From contig PBSN01000016.1 of NCBI GenBank assembly GCA_002726235.1, positions 1 to 41,689 on the forward strand: a stretch of 41,689 bases of DNA. The letters are read 5' to 3'. Position numbers and translations under genes: made by a program. Below the pieces are notes generated by a model. The model saw only the letters and a list, made by a program, of their open reading frames with translations, did no database searches and was not told the origin of the DNA. Below, in pieces: positions 28,813 through 39,105 of this stretch. Numbering within the stretch: position 1 is the first letter of the stretch; each line of letters opens with the position of its first letter. The stretch is from Nitrospiraceae bacterium. GTDB taxonomy: Bacteria; Nitrospirota; Nitrospiria; Nitrospirales; UBA2166.

Positions 28813-29796
28813 ATGCAACTTGGCATGATTGGGCTTGGCCGCATGGGCGGAAACATGACAGAACGGTGCATACGTGATGGACATAAGATGGTGGTCTATG
28901 CGACCGATAAAGATGCCGTAAAAAAATACGCTGGCATGGGCGCCGTCGGCGCGTCATCAGTTGAAGACCTAGTCAGCAAACTCTCAAGTCCCAAAGCCGT
29001 CTGGATCATGATCCCCGCCGGCGAAATTACCGAAAGCGTGGTAACGCAGTTAGGCACACTGCTTGAAAAAGGTGATATCATCATCGATGGTGGGAATTCC
29101 ATGTTCAAGGATGATGTACGGCGCGCCAACACGCTTAAAAAGAAAGACATCCACTACATTGATGTTGGAACCAGCGGCGGTGTGTGGGGACTCGACCGAG
29201 GCTATTGCATGATGATTGGCGCATCCAGGGAAGCCGCCACTGTTCTTGACCCTATTTTCAAAACCCTCGCTCCGGGACGAGGAGAGATTGAACGCACACC
29301 CGGACGAGAAAAAGTTGACGGCACCGCAGAAGACGGTTATCTCCATTGCGGCCCACCCGGCGCAGGCCACTTCGTCAAAATGATTCACAACGGAATCGAA
29401 TACGGGATCATGCAAGCCTATGGTGAAGGCTTTGACATTATGCGCAATGCTAATTCAACTGAACTCGACGAAGCATTGCGGTTTGATCTTAATCTTGCCG
29501 ACATCGCAGAAGTATGGCGGCGAGGCAGCGTGGTCAGTTCTTGGCTTTTAGATCTGACGGCTATAGCGCTGCTGGAAAATCCCGATCTCTCCAATTATAC
29601 CGGGTTCGTACAGGACTCTGGCGAGGGACGATGGACCATCAATGCGGCAATTGAAGAAGCGGTCCCAGCCGATGTCCTCGCCGCATCATTGTTTGCCCGA
29701 TTCCGATCGCGTAAAGAGCACACTTTCGCGGAAAAAATTCTCTCCGCTATGCGACAAAAATTTGGCGGCCACATTGAACGAGCCGCAGGCGGCTGA
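28813..29796 (+). CDS. gnd: 6-phosphogluconate dehydrogenase (decarboxylating, short form)
   Basis: [12 protein letters not shown] start after AAGGAG. Motifs [20 protein letters not shown] and DSGEGRW. Confidence 0.95.
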   Translation: MQLGMIGLGRMGGNMTERCIRDGHKMVVYATDKDAVKKYAGMGAVGASSVEDLVSKLSSPKAVWIMIPAGEITESVVTQLGTLLEKGDIIIDGGNSMFKDDVRRANTLKKKDIHYIDVGTSGGVWGLDRGYCMMIGASREAATVLDPIFKTLAPGRGEIERTPGREKVDGTAEDGYLHCGPPGAGHFVKMIHNGIEYGIMQAYGEGFDIMRNANSTELDEALRFDLNLADIAEVWRRGSVVSSWLLDLTAIALLENPDLSNYTGFVQDSGEGRWTINAAIEEAVPADVLAASLFARFRSRKEHTFAEKILSAMRQKFGGHIERAAGG

Positions 29797-30041
29797 TGGC
29801 AACCGACGAATCCCCCAACAAGACAACCCTCTTCCGCGAATGGATCATCTTTGCAATAGCAATGGGCGCGGGTGCTCACATCTCACTGGGTTTGATTCTA
29901 CATGCCCCGGATAAATGGGATTGGGGGCATACTGCCGTCTACACCTTTCTCATTGGACTCTCCGTATACATCACTATCCAAGTGGGGCGCTCCTGCTGGT
30001 GGTTCCTTATGAAACGCAGGAGCGGTTCTCAACCGGACTAA
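29796..30041 (+). CDS. Small two-TM membrane protein
   Basis: TGATG overlap with the gnd stop and two hydrophobic segments. Confidence 0.65.
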   Translation: MATDESPNKTTLFREWIIFAIAMGAGAHISLGLILHAPDKWDWGHTAVYTFLIGLSVYITIQVGRSCWWFLMKRRSGSQPD

Positions 30042-30423
30042 GTCAATCTGACGTTACTATCAACCATCCGCACTTCTCTTTGCCAACAGTGCTGGAAGAG
30101 ATCGTCAGCGTAAATTTTGATGCCCGCCCGCGAACCTGCGAAATTCTGAAGAGCTCGCATACATTGCAGTGCAAGATAGCTAAACCTCATCGATTGCTTT
30201 CGAGCCTCGTGAACACTGCAGTCAATACAGCGTGCCTGAAAACACGCATGACATTTCAGCGTTTCAAAACAGAGTGTCTAAAGCAAACCAAATCTGTGAA
30301 GAGACGATCAAAAAGCTGCGCTAACTTGACACAGCGTGTGAAGCGCCTAACCAGTTTCCCAAAGGATTTTCTGTTCGCTGAGAAACCTTGACCCCTTAGA
30401 GTGAGTTCGTTAGTATTCCGCGC

Positions 30424-30693
30424 ATGGATTCCGGCCTTCCTAAAAATTTGTGGGCTCGTACGCAAAAACGACACGCGCCACCACGGCAAAAAGAGACTGA
30501 TTCACAATTTGGCGCGCTACGCGCATCACTGCTATTCTGCCAGAAGTGCTGTCAGGCCACACCTGCACGAGAACGATTGCTTCTTGTCCTCCCCACCGGA
30601 AATCTGTACGAATATCTTTGCGCGCACTGTGGAACCTCAACAGGATCCAAGACGGACAACCAGCAGCAAAACGCTCAAGTTATTATTCCCTAG
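30424..30693 (+). CDS. Small zinc-ribbon-like hypothetical protein
   Basis: CQKC...CAHCG pairs around RERLLLVLP.G.LY.Y. A promoter-like TTGACC-N17-TAGTAT lies just upstream. Confidence 0.7.
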   Translation: MDSGLPKNLWARTQKRHAPPRQKETDSQFGALRASLLFCQKCCQATPARERLLLVLPTGNLYEYLCAHCGTSTGSKTDNQQQNAQVIIP

Positions 30694-30775
30694 TCACAGA
30701 CTTATTCTCTAAACACTCATGGCATGATCTGCCAAATCGTCGGTTGATCATGATATTGCATTTCCAGCAGGAGGC

Positions 30776-31090
30776 GTGATGGCTCGTTTTATACGTATTG
30801 CGGCGGTAGAAGAGGTGGGGGAACCGGGATCAGTAATTACCGCAAGTGACGGTGACCATGAATACGCGATCGCAAACATTGACGGAACGTATCACGTGAT
30901 CGACAACGATTGCATTCACCAGGGTGGTCCGTTAGGTCTGGGCACACTCAACGATGGTATTATCGAGTGTCCCTGGCACGCATGGCAATTTGATGCCAAA
31001 ACAGGTGCGTGTCTCACACGAACTGGAACCGGAGTAAAGTGCTACGACGTGAAGATTGAAGACGGGGAGATTAAGATCGCAATTCCATAG
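30776..31090 (+). CDS. Rieske [2Fe-2S] ferredoxin
   Basis: CxH (CIHQGGPL) and CxxH (CPWHAWQFD) motifs. AGGAGG RBS. Confidence 0.92.
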   Translation: MMARFIRIAAVEEVGEPGSVITASDGDHEYAIANIDGTYHVIDNDCIHQGGPLGLGTLNDGIIECPWHAWQFDAKTGACLTRTGTGVKCYDVKIEDGEIKIAIP

Positions 31091-31110
31091 CGTCGCGACC
31101 GCACGCCAAC

Positions 31111-31548
31111 CTACGACTCTTTACTATTCTCTTGAATAAACTGCTTGGCGCGTTCGGAAATAATATCACGGACCCGCGCAAATTCGGCCTGTCGCTCATC
31201 ACTCGACCCACTGAAACTAGTCGGATCATCAATACTCCAATGCAGGCGTGTGGACGCCGCAGGAGTGGTTGGGCACGACTCCTTAGCTCGGTCACAAACC
31301 GTCACCACATAGTCAAACGACATACCGTCAAACTCATCGATGGATTGAGAGCGTTGGTCGGAAATATCGATGTCGACGTCCTGCATTGTTTCCACAGCAC
31401 GACTATTCAAACCCATCGGATACGTCCCCGCACTCAACACCTCATATTGATCTCCAGCAAAGTGGCGTAAAAAACCCTCCGCCATTTGGCTTCGGCAGGA
31501 GTTTCCCGTACAGAGAAAAAAAACAGTTTTCTTCATGGAATCCGACAC
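31111..31548 (-). CDS. arsC: Arsenate reductase (LMW-PTPase type, thioredoxin-coupled)
   Basis: CTGNSCRSQMAEG P-loop, plus TVCDRAKESCP and HWSIDDP. Confidence 0.88.
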   Translation of the reverse strand: MSDSMKKTVFFLCTGNSCRSQMAEGFLRHFAGDQYEVLSAGTYPMGLNSRAVETMQDVDIDISDQRSQSIDEFDGMSFDYVVTVCDRAKESCPTTPAASTRLHWSIDDPTSFSGSSDERQAEFARVRDIISERAKQFIQENSKES

Positions 31549-31550
31549 GG

Positions 31551-32105
31551 TTAGTGCATCAACCGCGGAAGAATGTTGGTGAACTCATACTCTTCAACAT
31601 ATTTACCAACGGACGCTTCAAACTGATCCTCTCCCCACTGCTCAATCGAAAGTATTTTCTCGCCAGACGAATCGGTATAATCCCAGAAAATCATCTGATC
31701 TCCACTCCCCTTCCCATCCTTACGATAGTATCCTGCTCCACTTCCTTCCGCAGAAAATCGTTGACCGTCAAGGGTTAATTCTTGAGGTGGATCGTCATGA
31801 CTACGGATATGCGCTCTCACCCCTTCAGTGACATCGGAGAGGGTGATTTTTCTTGTGATTGTCCACTCTACGTCATCATCCTCAGCCCGTTCGAGAAAAC
31901 ACCGATCGTCACCACAATCAAGTTCCCATTCTTCTGCCCGATCGCCCTCGAAATCATAGGTTCCATAACTTTTGACCTCCCATGTCTTGAGGTCAAAATC
32001 AACAAGATATCCAACTTTGAGATTAGAAAGGGTGAGATCGTGAAGAGGATCGGTCAAGTCCTCAGGTTTCTTGTCGCCAAACCACCGATCGAAGAGTCCC
32101 GCCAA
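31551..32105 (-). CDS. DUF4178-family protein
   Basis: Acidic protein with L..G..VDFDLKTWEV, EWEL and LSIEQW motifs. Lies downstream of the pspA-family gene. Confidence 0.72.
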   Translation of the reverse strand: MAGLFDRWFGDKKPEDLTDPLHDLTLSNLKVGYLVDFDLKTWEVKSYGTYDFEGDRAEEWELDCGDDRCFLERAEDDDVEWTITRKITLSDVTEGVRAHIRSHDDPPQELTLDGQRFSAEGSGAGYYRKDGKGSGDQMIFWDYTDSSGEKILSIEQWGEDQFEASVGKYVEEYEFTNILPRLMH

Positions 32106-32119
32106 ATGCGTACCCAGAA

Positions 32120-32824
32120 TCAGGTGATGCCGAGCTTGCTTTTCATCGCCGCGAGAGAATCCGACGATTGATGCGTCGACCCTTGCAATGCTGCATTGAT
32201 CTCATCATCAATACTCTTGTCCGCCTCGGCCATATCGCCATAGGCCTGAGCCAGAGACTCATCCTCGATGACTTTGTTTTTCATCTTCTCAAGCATCGCC
32301 AACGTTCCGGATGAGTCCACCTTGGCGAGCTGAGCATTAATTTTCTTCGTTGACCCCGCCGTACGCGCTCGTGCCCGCAACGTCACAAGATCATTCTCAT
32401 AGCCCGTCACGGTTGATTTGAGTTTCTCGACTTTCGATTGCAATTGCGTGGCCATCTTGTCCTGCGCTTCCCATTCCTTCATTTGTCTCACGGCATTCGC
32501 GCTCGCATCCTCTTTTCGTTTAAGAACCTCCAGTGCAAGCTTGTCGGCTTCTTCCTGCGCCAACTCCCCTTTCTGCATCTTTTGCAACAGCAACATGGCC
32601 TTCCGCTCATACTCAGCCGCACGTCCTTTATTCTCCTCAGCCTCTTTCTTCAAGCGAATGGCAATCGCCTTGACCTCGGCCAAACTCACCATGCTCGCCT
32701 GAAGATCTTTTTTCAGATCGCGAATACCTTGTTCCGTCATACGAATGGGGTCTTCCAAACCATCGAGCGCTGAATGGGCCTGGGATTGCCCAATTTTAAA
32801 TATCCTCTGGAATACACCGGTCAT
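32120..32824 (-). CDS. PspA/IM30 (ESCRT-III-like) family protein
   Basis: GVFQRIFKI amphipathic helix, LEDPIRMTEQGIRDL and a long coiled coil. Confidence 0.92.
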   Translation of the reverse strand: MTGVFQRIFKIGQSQAHSALDGLEDPIRMTEQGIRDLKKDLQASMVSLAEVKAIAIRLKKEAEENKGRAAEYERKAMLLLQKMQKGELAQEEADKLALEVLKRKEDASANAVRQMKEWEAQDKMATQLQSKVEKLKSTVTGYENDLVTLRARARTAGSTKKINAQLAKVDSSGTLAMLEKMKNKVIEDESLAQAYGDMAEADKSIDDEINAALQGSTHQSSDSLAAMKSKLGIT

Positions 32825-32875
32825 TCCGTCCTCCGTTCGCTATCCATTCTGATTGCCGACTGATTGCCGAGATCG

Positions 32876-33271
32876 TTACGTCTTCGCGCTGGCCAAGAGT
32901 TCCTCAGCATTTTCGGCGAGAGCAAGACTAAGCGCCTCAATGGAACCTTCCAGCTCATTGCGGTCCAGGTTCTCAAGACACAGTGTATCGCGGAAAAGAA
33001 TTGTCTCGCCTTTCTCATCCAACACAAATGCCCCATGGACAAGTGTGCGGTTCATCTGAAGAAGACGCTTGTACAAATCGCCGGGATTCTTGGGTGCCTT
33101 CATAATAATTTGTTCGAGTACAACAATGGGATCTTCACAATCAATAATAAGATTTTTAATTCCCTTCTCTTCATTATTGATGACTACAAGCTGTTCCTTA
33201 GGATCCTCCGTAGCAATGGCATACCCCATATCCACCACAAACCCTTTTACGCATTCAAAATATTCCACCAT
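32876..33271 (-). CDS. YbjN/CesT(Tir chaperone)-like protein
   Basis: [16 protein letters not shown]...FRDTL.LENLD.NELEGSI pattern. Confidence 0.78.
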   Translation of the reverse strand: MVEYFECVKGFVVDMGYAIATEDPKEQLVVINNEEKGIKNLIIDCEDPIVVLEQIIMKAPKNPGDLYKRLLQMNRTLVHGAFVLDEKGETILFRDTLCLENLDRNELEGSIEALSLALAENAEELLASAKT

Positions 33272-34326
33272 TTTTTCCTCGTTTGATGTTGAGTGTCACC
33301 GTCATCGAGCCGCTCGATACCGATGACTACCAATCGATCGCTATCGGTGATTATACAGTTATTGGATGGGTTCGCAAGAAATCGGCCCTCAGATGTTCGC
33401 TCGATCGCAAGAGTAATGAGATCCCGATCACGCTTCAGCGCAGTCAAGACATCAAGGAAGGTAGACCCGATCAAATCGGGAGGCGGGGAAATCTTAAAAA
33501 TGTCATTTCCGATGCGATTCGTTACCAACTCCGTGATAATTTGCGTCACACCATGATCAAGTGCCGCCTGCACGAGAAGATTCGTGCTCAATTCTCCGGC
33601 AACAATAATCTCGTCGGCTTTGGCGCGATTGCAATGTTCAATATTGCTTCGGTCAACGAGTTCAACACACGCATAGAGCTCCGGATGTATGGTTTTGATC
33701 GTGAGCGTGTCCAGAATCGTCTTCGCATCTCGGACATGATGGTCAGCCAGTTCATCCGCAAGCAGAATGACCGCAAAAGCATCCCGGCTGTTTGCCCGCG
33801 AGAGAGTTTCCTTGCTCACTACACCACTGACGAAATAAAGATCATCGTCATCAACCAGCGGCTTGTCTTGAAACTCTGCAATCACCACAACGGGACTGCA
33901 TGCTGCCTTCTGATCGGCGCGAAGCTCGGCCACAATACGCTCAGCCTTGTAGTTCCACCCACAGATAATCATATGCTGCTTGACTTTGACGGGTTTCACG
34001 CCCTTGCCCTCCAAAAATCTATTTTCAATAAGCATCGTGGCCATGGTGGCCGTAAACATTCCAAGCAGTCCAATTCCAAAGATCATGAGTATGGCGCCCA
34101 CAATACGCCCACCGGGCGACGCAGGAGAAATATCCCCATACCCGACCGTAGTCATGGTGACCACCGCCCACCACAGAGAGTCTGCGACTGACAGTGTAGA
34201 TTCGAAAACACTCATCCCAACCACCCCCACAAGAAGGGTGATGAGAATGACAGCGACAAGCTTGTCCAGCTGATGCTTTCGAAGCTGGGAAACGAATCGT
34301 TTGACGAAGTAGAGGACGTTGATCAT
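33247..34326 (-). CDS. Two-TM potassium channel with RCK (TrkA-N/C) domains
   Basis: Selectivity filter TMTTVGYGD and Rossmann motif HMIICGW. Confidence 0.92.
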   Translation of the reverse strand: MINVLYFVKRFVSQLRKHQLDKLVAVILITLLVGVVGMSVFESTLSVADSLWWAVVTMTTVGYGDISPASPGGRIVGAILMIFGIGLLGMFTATMATMLIENRFLEGKGVKPVKVKQHMIICGWNYKAERIVAELRADQKAACSPVVVIAEFQDKPLVDDDDLYFVSGVVSKETLSRANSRDAFAVILLADELADHHVRDAKTILDTLTIKTIHPELYACVELVDRSNIEHCNRAKADEIIVAGELSTNLLVQAALDHGVTQIITELVTNRIGNDIFKISPPPDLIGSTFLDVLTALKRDRDLITLAIERTSEGRFLANPSNNCIITDSDRLVVIGIERLDDGDTQHQTRKKWWNILNA

Positions 34327-34448
34327 ATTGCAGATGTAGGCTCGGGCATATGATATCATATGCCCCCAAAACCTTCCCCTCGTTGGCACCACTACTACGA
34401 GAAAAGGAACATACCAAACTAAAAAGTCTCACATTAAGAGGAGGACAC

Positions 34449-35123
34449 ATGCCACAAGCAACGCAAGAGATATCAGAAACCGCCGTTACAAACGATCCCA
34501 ACGCCCGCGCACTACTGCAAAAAGCATTTGAAAACACCGCCCGATGGCCAGCAGACTTTGGTGGGTTTACGTCCAACCTGGAAGTCAACACAAACGGAAC
34601 AAAATCACAGGGAACGGTAACGGTCAACAGCGCCAAAGATGTATCAGTTTCGCTCCCCGATGCCGACCTTCAGAAATCCATTGAGGGGACCGTTGGCATG
34701 ATCGTCGTCCATCGTGCACACCGAACCTTTGATGAGGCTGATGGAAAGTATGCCCTCACATTCGAAGGAGACGCCAACCATCCATTTGGACAACGGCTTC
34801 GTATTCACGGAGACAATTCCAGTTCCTTCTATTACCTGAAGGACAACCGCATTACACAAATCAACCGCACCATGCAACACATCGCGTTTACAATTAACGT
34901 TGAGGAGAGCGCTGTCACACCGGAAGGGAAGAATCTCACGATAAAATACACTGTGTACTATTCATCACCAAAAGATGGCAGCCTCAGAAACGTGGAAAGC
35001 GTCACCGACACCCACGTTCGCGTTGGAACCGCCGATTTACCGGCGACACGCCGCATCATCTCCTATGAGAACAAGCAGGTCGTGACAAAAACCTTGACCT
35101 TTACCAATCACAAGCTCACCTGA
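34449..35123 (+). CDS. DUF3386-family protein
   Basis: GAGGAGG RBS. Motifs ARALLQKAFENTARWPADFGGF, VHR and ITQINR. Confidence 0.72.
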   Translation: MPQATQEISETAVTNDPNARALLQKAFENTARWPADFGGFTSNLEVNTNGTKSQGTVTVNSAKDVSVSLPDADLQKSIEGTVGMIVVHRAHRTFDEADGKYALTFEGDANHPFGQRLRIHGDNSSSFYYLKDNRITQINRTMQHIAFTINVEESAVTPEGKNLTIKYTVYYSSPKDGSLRNVESVTDTHVRVGTADLPATRRIISYENKQVVTKTLTFTNHKLT

Positions 35124-35142
35124 GCACACACCGTCACAATGC

Positions 35143-35179
35143 TCCTTCTTCTCCCTGCCCGTGGAAGGGAGAAGGAGGA
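35143..35179. terminator. 14-bp stem-loop after DUF3386 (terminator or REP-like)
   Basis: TCCTTCTTCTCCCT-N9-AGGGAGAAGGAGGA with one G-U pair. No U-tract. Confidence 0.45.
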
Positions 35180-35293
35180 TCGGAACGTACGAAACATTGC
35201 AATACACGCTGGCGATGTCACCTGCCTCACGATCGCCAACGATGGAAATCAGTGTGAGGTGGAACCATTGATCAGCACTTAGGAGACTGCGTC

Positions 35294-35749
35294 TTGATCT
35301 TTATGATCGCCCATACGGTCGTGTATACCGCTGGATATCACGGCAGAAGCCTCGAGGATTTTTTTGATCTCCTGAAGAAATTTGATATCCAGGTTCTTGC
35401 AGATATCCGTGCGAATCCATTTAGCAGAAATTCCGTCTTTTCGAAAAAGCAACTGCAATCTGCGATCACAGACATCGGCATCGAATACGTTCATTGGGGG
35501 ACACTAGGCGCCCCCCAAGAAATACGAGATGCGTTCAAAGCAACACAAAACAAGCAGGCGTTTGGTGCATCATACTCTGCCCACCTTCATGCACATCAAG
35601 CCACACTGCAAGAGATCTCTCAACTCATTCGACATAAAACGCACTGTCTCATGTGCCTTGAACGTGACCCCCTCTCCTGCCATCGACACATCACAACCGA
35701 CATACTTCATCACTTCAACCACTCCACTCTGACGATCTGCAACCTTTGA
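35294..35749 (+). CDS. DUF488-family protein
   Basis: Motifs YTAGYHGRS, DIRANPFSR, IEYVH..LG and CLMCLE.DP..CHR. AGGAG RBS. Confidence 0.88.
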   Translation: MIFMIAHTVVYTAGYHGRSLEDFFDLLKKFDIQVLADIRANPFSRNSVFSKKQLQSAITDIGIEYVHWGTLGAPQEIRDAFKATQNKQAFGASYSAHLHAHQATLQEISQLIRHKTHCLMCLERDPLSCHRHITTDILHHFNHSTLTICNL

Positions 35750-35778
35750 TGAAAAGACTTCACCCCTCCCAAGCCTGA

Positions 35779-37404
35779 TTAAACCCGGATTGAAAACGTA
35801 GCCAGGACTCCTCCTGTCACGTTCTCTAGCCGTACATCGCCTTTGTACTGTGTAGCGATGTCTTTGACCACGTGAAGGCCAAGACCACTTCTTTTTTCGT
35901 TCACACCAGGGAGCTTTCGCGAAAAAAATGGCTCAAACACCCGCTTCCGATCATCGTTGTGAATGCGAGGTCCTTCATTTTGAACCGTGATACACACCCG
36001 CCTCCTCTGCACGTTAGCTGAAATCACAACTTTTCCTTTTGTGGAAGTCCACTCGATCGCATTCTTCACCAGATTGTCAATCACGGTATACAAATCCTCC
36101 GCAAGAAAGGGTCCTCCTCTCACCTCCATTTTCCCCTTGACTTGGGAGAGATCCACTGTGAGATTCTTTTGTGTTACCAACGCCTCTTTCTCCTTCTCAA
36201 CCTTCCGAATCAACTCACCAATCGCAACAGGCTTCCCTTTTTCTTTGCTCTGAAGCTTGCGGCGCCTTTCCAGACTCGCTAGATCCTGCATCACATCAAC
36301 TGCCCTGTTGATCCGCATTGTTGCCGTCTCAATACTGCTCCGATAGTCTGCCCGTTCTTTCACAGACTTCTTATCGTCAGCTAAGCTTTGCGCGTGTAAT
36401 CGAATGATTGTGAGAGGGTCTTTAAGTGCGTGTGCATACGCCGAGACGAAGCGATAAACACCTCTTTTTATCTTTTCCTCTTGCTGCCGCTTCAGTTGAA
36501 CGAACAAGACAATTAATATGATCCCACCAATCATGATGAAACCCACGAGGATTACTCCATCGAATTGTGTGTCCATGTTCATAAGTTCGGACAACATCGT
36601 TTTCGCGTGGGAATTACCCAACACCATATATCCCTTTTCCTCATTCTGGATCATGATCGGCACAATCGCATAAAGTAGCGACTTGTCTTGAATATTGAGT
36701 AGACGCGTGTGGATATTGTCGATTAGATCGGCGATTTTGCGTATGATTGAGGGTTTGAGATCGTCGACATCATCTTGAAACTCTGCAATCACCACGGGAA
36801 CCTGAGATCCCTCAATTGTAGCGTTCCGATCTCTAGCCTTCCTGTCCCACGCCTCTTTGACAGCCTCCAGTTCAGGACAGTCCCCGATTTTTGTTAAGTT
36901 ATTGGGATCTTTGACATTATTGGGATCTTCGGAATAAAAAATGATCTTCCCTAACTTGACATCATAAATGCAGAGTTCCATATCATCTTGACGCTGATCT
37001 ATCTCATGGTGCAGATAGGCTCGGAGAGTTTGCGTATTGGGATCTTCGGACCCACCTTCCGCTGCGGACGCGTCGTCCAATCCACCATCCTCGATCACAA
37101 CTTCCACTTTCGTGGAGATATCAGGAACGCGAGATTTCCTATCCATACGCTTTTCAAGGCACGTAGGGAGGCGAGTGGCCTCCCCAGCATCTCTCTCGGC
37201 ATAACAGGGTTTGAGTTCCGCAGTTATTCGTTCAACCCATAGCTTTGCTTGATCCTCCAGCTGCACCGTGACCAGTGTGGTGAGGGCCTGATAGCTCGTC
37301 CTGCTATCTTTCACAGACAAAAATAACAGGACACCAAGTGCCCCAAACAGGACGACGATCAGAATAAACAGGACGAAGATCCGAATGGAATAGGTACTCT
37401 TCAT
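35779..37404 (-). CDS. Sensor histidine kinase, CreC-like kinase core
   Basis: Two TM helices flanking a large periplasmic domain. H-box AHALKDPL, N-box NLVKNA, FEPFFS and SGLGL. Confidence 0.9.
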   Translation of the reverse strand: MKSTYSIRIFVLFILIVVLFGALGVLLFLSVKDSRTSYQALTTLVTVQLEDQAKLWVERITAELKPCYAERDAGEATRLPTCLEKRMDRKSRVPDISTKVEVVIEDGGLDDASAAEGGSEDPNTQTLRAYLHHEIDQRQDDMELCIYDVKLGKIIFYSEDPNNVKDPNNLTKIGDCPELEAVKEAWDRKARDRNATIEGSQVPVVIAEFQDDVDDLKPSIIRKIADLIDNIHTRLLNIQDKSLLYAIVPIMIQNEEKGYMVLGNSHAKTMLSELMNMDTQFDGVILVGFIMIGGIILIVLFVQLKRQQEEKIKRGVYRFVSAYAHALKDPLTIIRLHAQSLADDKKSVKERADYRSSIETATMRINRAVDVMQDLASLERRRKLQSKEKGKPVAIGELIRKVEKEKEALVTQKNLTVDLSQVKGKMEVRGGPFLAEDLYTVIDNLVKNAIEWTSTKGKVVISANVQRRRVCITVQNEGPRIHNDDRKRVFEPFFSRKLPGVNEKRSGLGLHVVKDIATQYKGDVRLENVTGGVLATFSIRV

Positions 37405-38141
37405 AGCTCATCATTCAACGAATAGCCGAGTTCAGTATGAGTTTGAATAACGTCTTTCGGGTTCGGATCTTCTCGAATCTCTTTCAATTTGGCTCGAATT
37501 TTCTTTATCTGGACATCCACATTGCGCCGCTGATCATGATTACTGGTGTCCTTGCCGTCAGGCATTTCGACCCAACATTCATCTATCAGATCATCCCTTT
37601 TCTGGGGACGCCCAGCTCGGCTGATCAAAACGGTCAATATTCTGTGCTCAAGCGGGGTGAGCACCAGCACCTTCTCGAAATAGCGAACCTGTTCCCTTGC
37701 TTTATCGTAGAAGAAAGGGCCACTGCGAAGATCACCGCACGGTACATCTGGGTGAATTCTTCGACGCGAAATAGCCTCTTTCACTTTCACCGCAACCACT
37801 TTTCCTTCACACGGTTTGGTGATGTAATCATCCGCCTTGAGCCGCAAACCAGAGACTTGATCCTCACTGGAGGTATGCCCGGTGAGAAAGAACACCAGTG
37901 TAGAAGGGGCATGCTCACGAATTTTTGGGCAAAGATCAAATCCGCTCTCACTGCCTTGAAGCCCAATATCCAGCAAAATTAAATCTATCGGCCTGCCTTT
38001 CTTCTTCGCCTCTCTGAGTGTGGGAATGACGCTGTCACCTTCTTCAACACAGAGGGTCTCAAGCCCTTCCTCTGCGAGATGGGCCTCAAGCCCCCTGGCA
38101 ATTTCAGGATCGTCATCGACAATCAAAACTCGATACTTCAT
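37401..38141 (-). CDS. OmpR-family response regulator, CreB-like
   Basis: Motifs LIVDDD, LLDIGL and ADDYITKP, with winged helix VDVQIKKIRAKL...THTELGYSL. ATGA overlap with the kinase. AGGAG RBS. Confidence 0.92.
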   Translation of the reverse strand: MKYRVLIVDDDPEIARGLEAHLAEEGLETLCVEEGDSVIPTLREAKKKGRPIDLILLDIGLQGSESGFDLCPKIREHAPSTLVFFLTGHTSSEDQVSGLRLKADDYITKPCEGKVVAVKVKEAISRRRIHPDVPCGDLRSGPFFYDKAREQVRYFEKVLVLTPLEHRILTVLISRAGRPQKRDDLIDECWVEMPDGKDTSNHDQRRNVDVQIKKIRAKLKEIREDPNPKDVIQTHTELGYSLNDEL

Positions 38142-38237
38142 CACTGCACTCCTTTCCTGCGAGGTGCCTTCGTCTCGCGACGCAATGCCAGCATACGCCA
38201 GGTCATGGTCATAGAATGTCGTCCCACCCACAAAACC

Positions 38238-39044
38238 TTAAATCGCACTCTTCACATGCATGGGCGCTCGCGTCTTTGTCCGTATGTACTGTAGACCCAG
38301 AAAACAGCAGAATACGATCGTGCAAATGATCGACACGGTCACCACATGCTCGACAAATGAGTCCGCAAGAGATCCTCGATATAGCCCCGTCATTACCGGA
38401 ATGCCAACCACAAACGCCCCATACCACACAAGAGAAACACGGATAGCGGGCGGCAAACCACGATGGATGCCAGCAGACGTGGAGTGTGGAGACGTCCGTC
38501 TGGCCCGACCCTCGAACATACGCTCGATCGTGACATACGTAGCCACGAGCGACATGACATAGACAAGCGTTCCCAGCGCGCGGTGTATACGATCCGGCGT
38601 AACCCACGCATTGTAAATCTCCATCTCATACACATGCATGGCGGCAATGATTCGTATCGCATTCGTTCCCACCGTGAGCACAAACGCAATGAGCAACGTC
38701 AGGCCACCCCACCCCAGTTTCCCGACCAAGCCCTGCACCCGGTGCACAAATGAAAAATAGAGTGCCGCGAAGGTAAGGATCAAAAAATTGGTGCCCGCGC
38801 AGCTCGGCCCGACAATCATCGTGTGGGGATGATTGACCCACCCGAAAAATGAATCCCACTCAAAGTGAATTCCCGTCGTCCCTCCAATGAGCCGCACAGT
38901 GGGAAACAGAATCCAATGTAGCTGCTCCGCATTGGCCCCACTGCAGAACCACTTCATCCCGATCACAAGACACACGCCTGGAATGTAGAAGATGCTGTTG
39001 GCCCACACGTGGACTCCAGGTGTGCGGCCTGTCGACAGCTTCAC
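38238..39044 (-). CDS. Exosortase (XrtK-like)
   Basis: Multi-TM protein with catalytic Cys (PSCAGTNF), Arg (NAIRI) and His (RIHRALG), plus L.WIL.PT. GTG start with GGAGG RBS. Confidence 0.82.
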   Translation of the reverse strand: MKLSTGRTPGVHVWANSIFYIPGVCLVIGMKWFCSGANAEQLHWILFPTVRLIGGTTGIHFEWDSFFGWVNHPHTMIVGPSCAGTNFLILTFAALYFSFVHRVQGLVGKLGWGGLTLLIAFVLTVGTNAIRIIAAMHVYEMEIYNAWVTPDRIHRALGTLVYVMSLVATYVTIERMFEGRARRTSPHSTSAGIHRGLPPAIRVSLVWYGAFVVGIPVMTGLYRGSLADSFVEHVVTVSIICTIVFCCFLGLQYIRTKTRAPMHVKSAI

Positions 39045-39105
39045 AGCCAGTGCCTCCTGCTCAAGCGATGGAAGAATGCCATAAGCGCCAGGAGCATCAA
39101 CATCC

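Noticed and set aside
29915..30391. 158-aa ORF or ncRNA in the gap after the small membrane protein
   Set aside because: It overlaps the better-supported 29796-30041 gene and shows no motif or convincing secondary structure.
33283..34191. 302-aa plus-strand ORF (likewise 21094-21897, 39802-40521, 10067-10630)
   Set aside because: Antisense to well-supported genes and without motifs.
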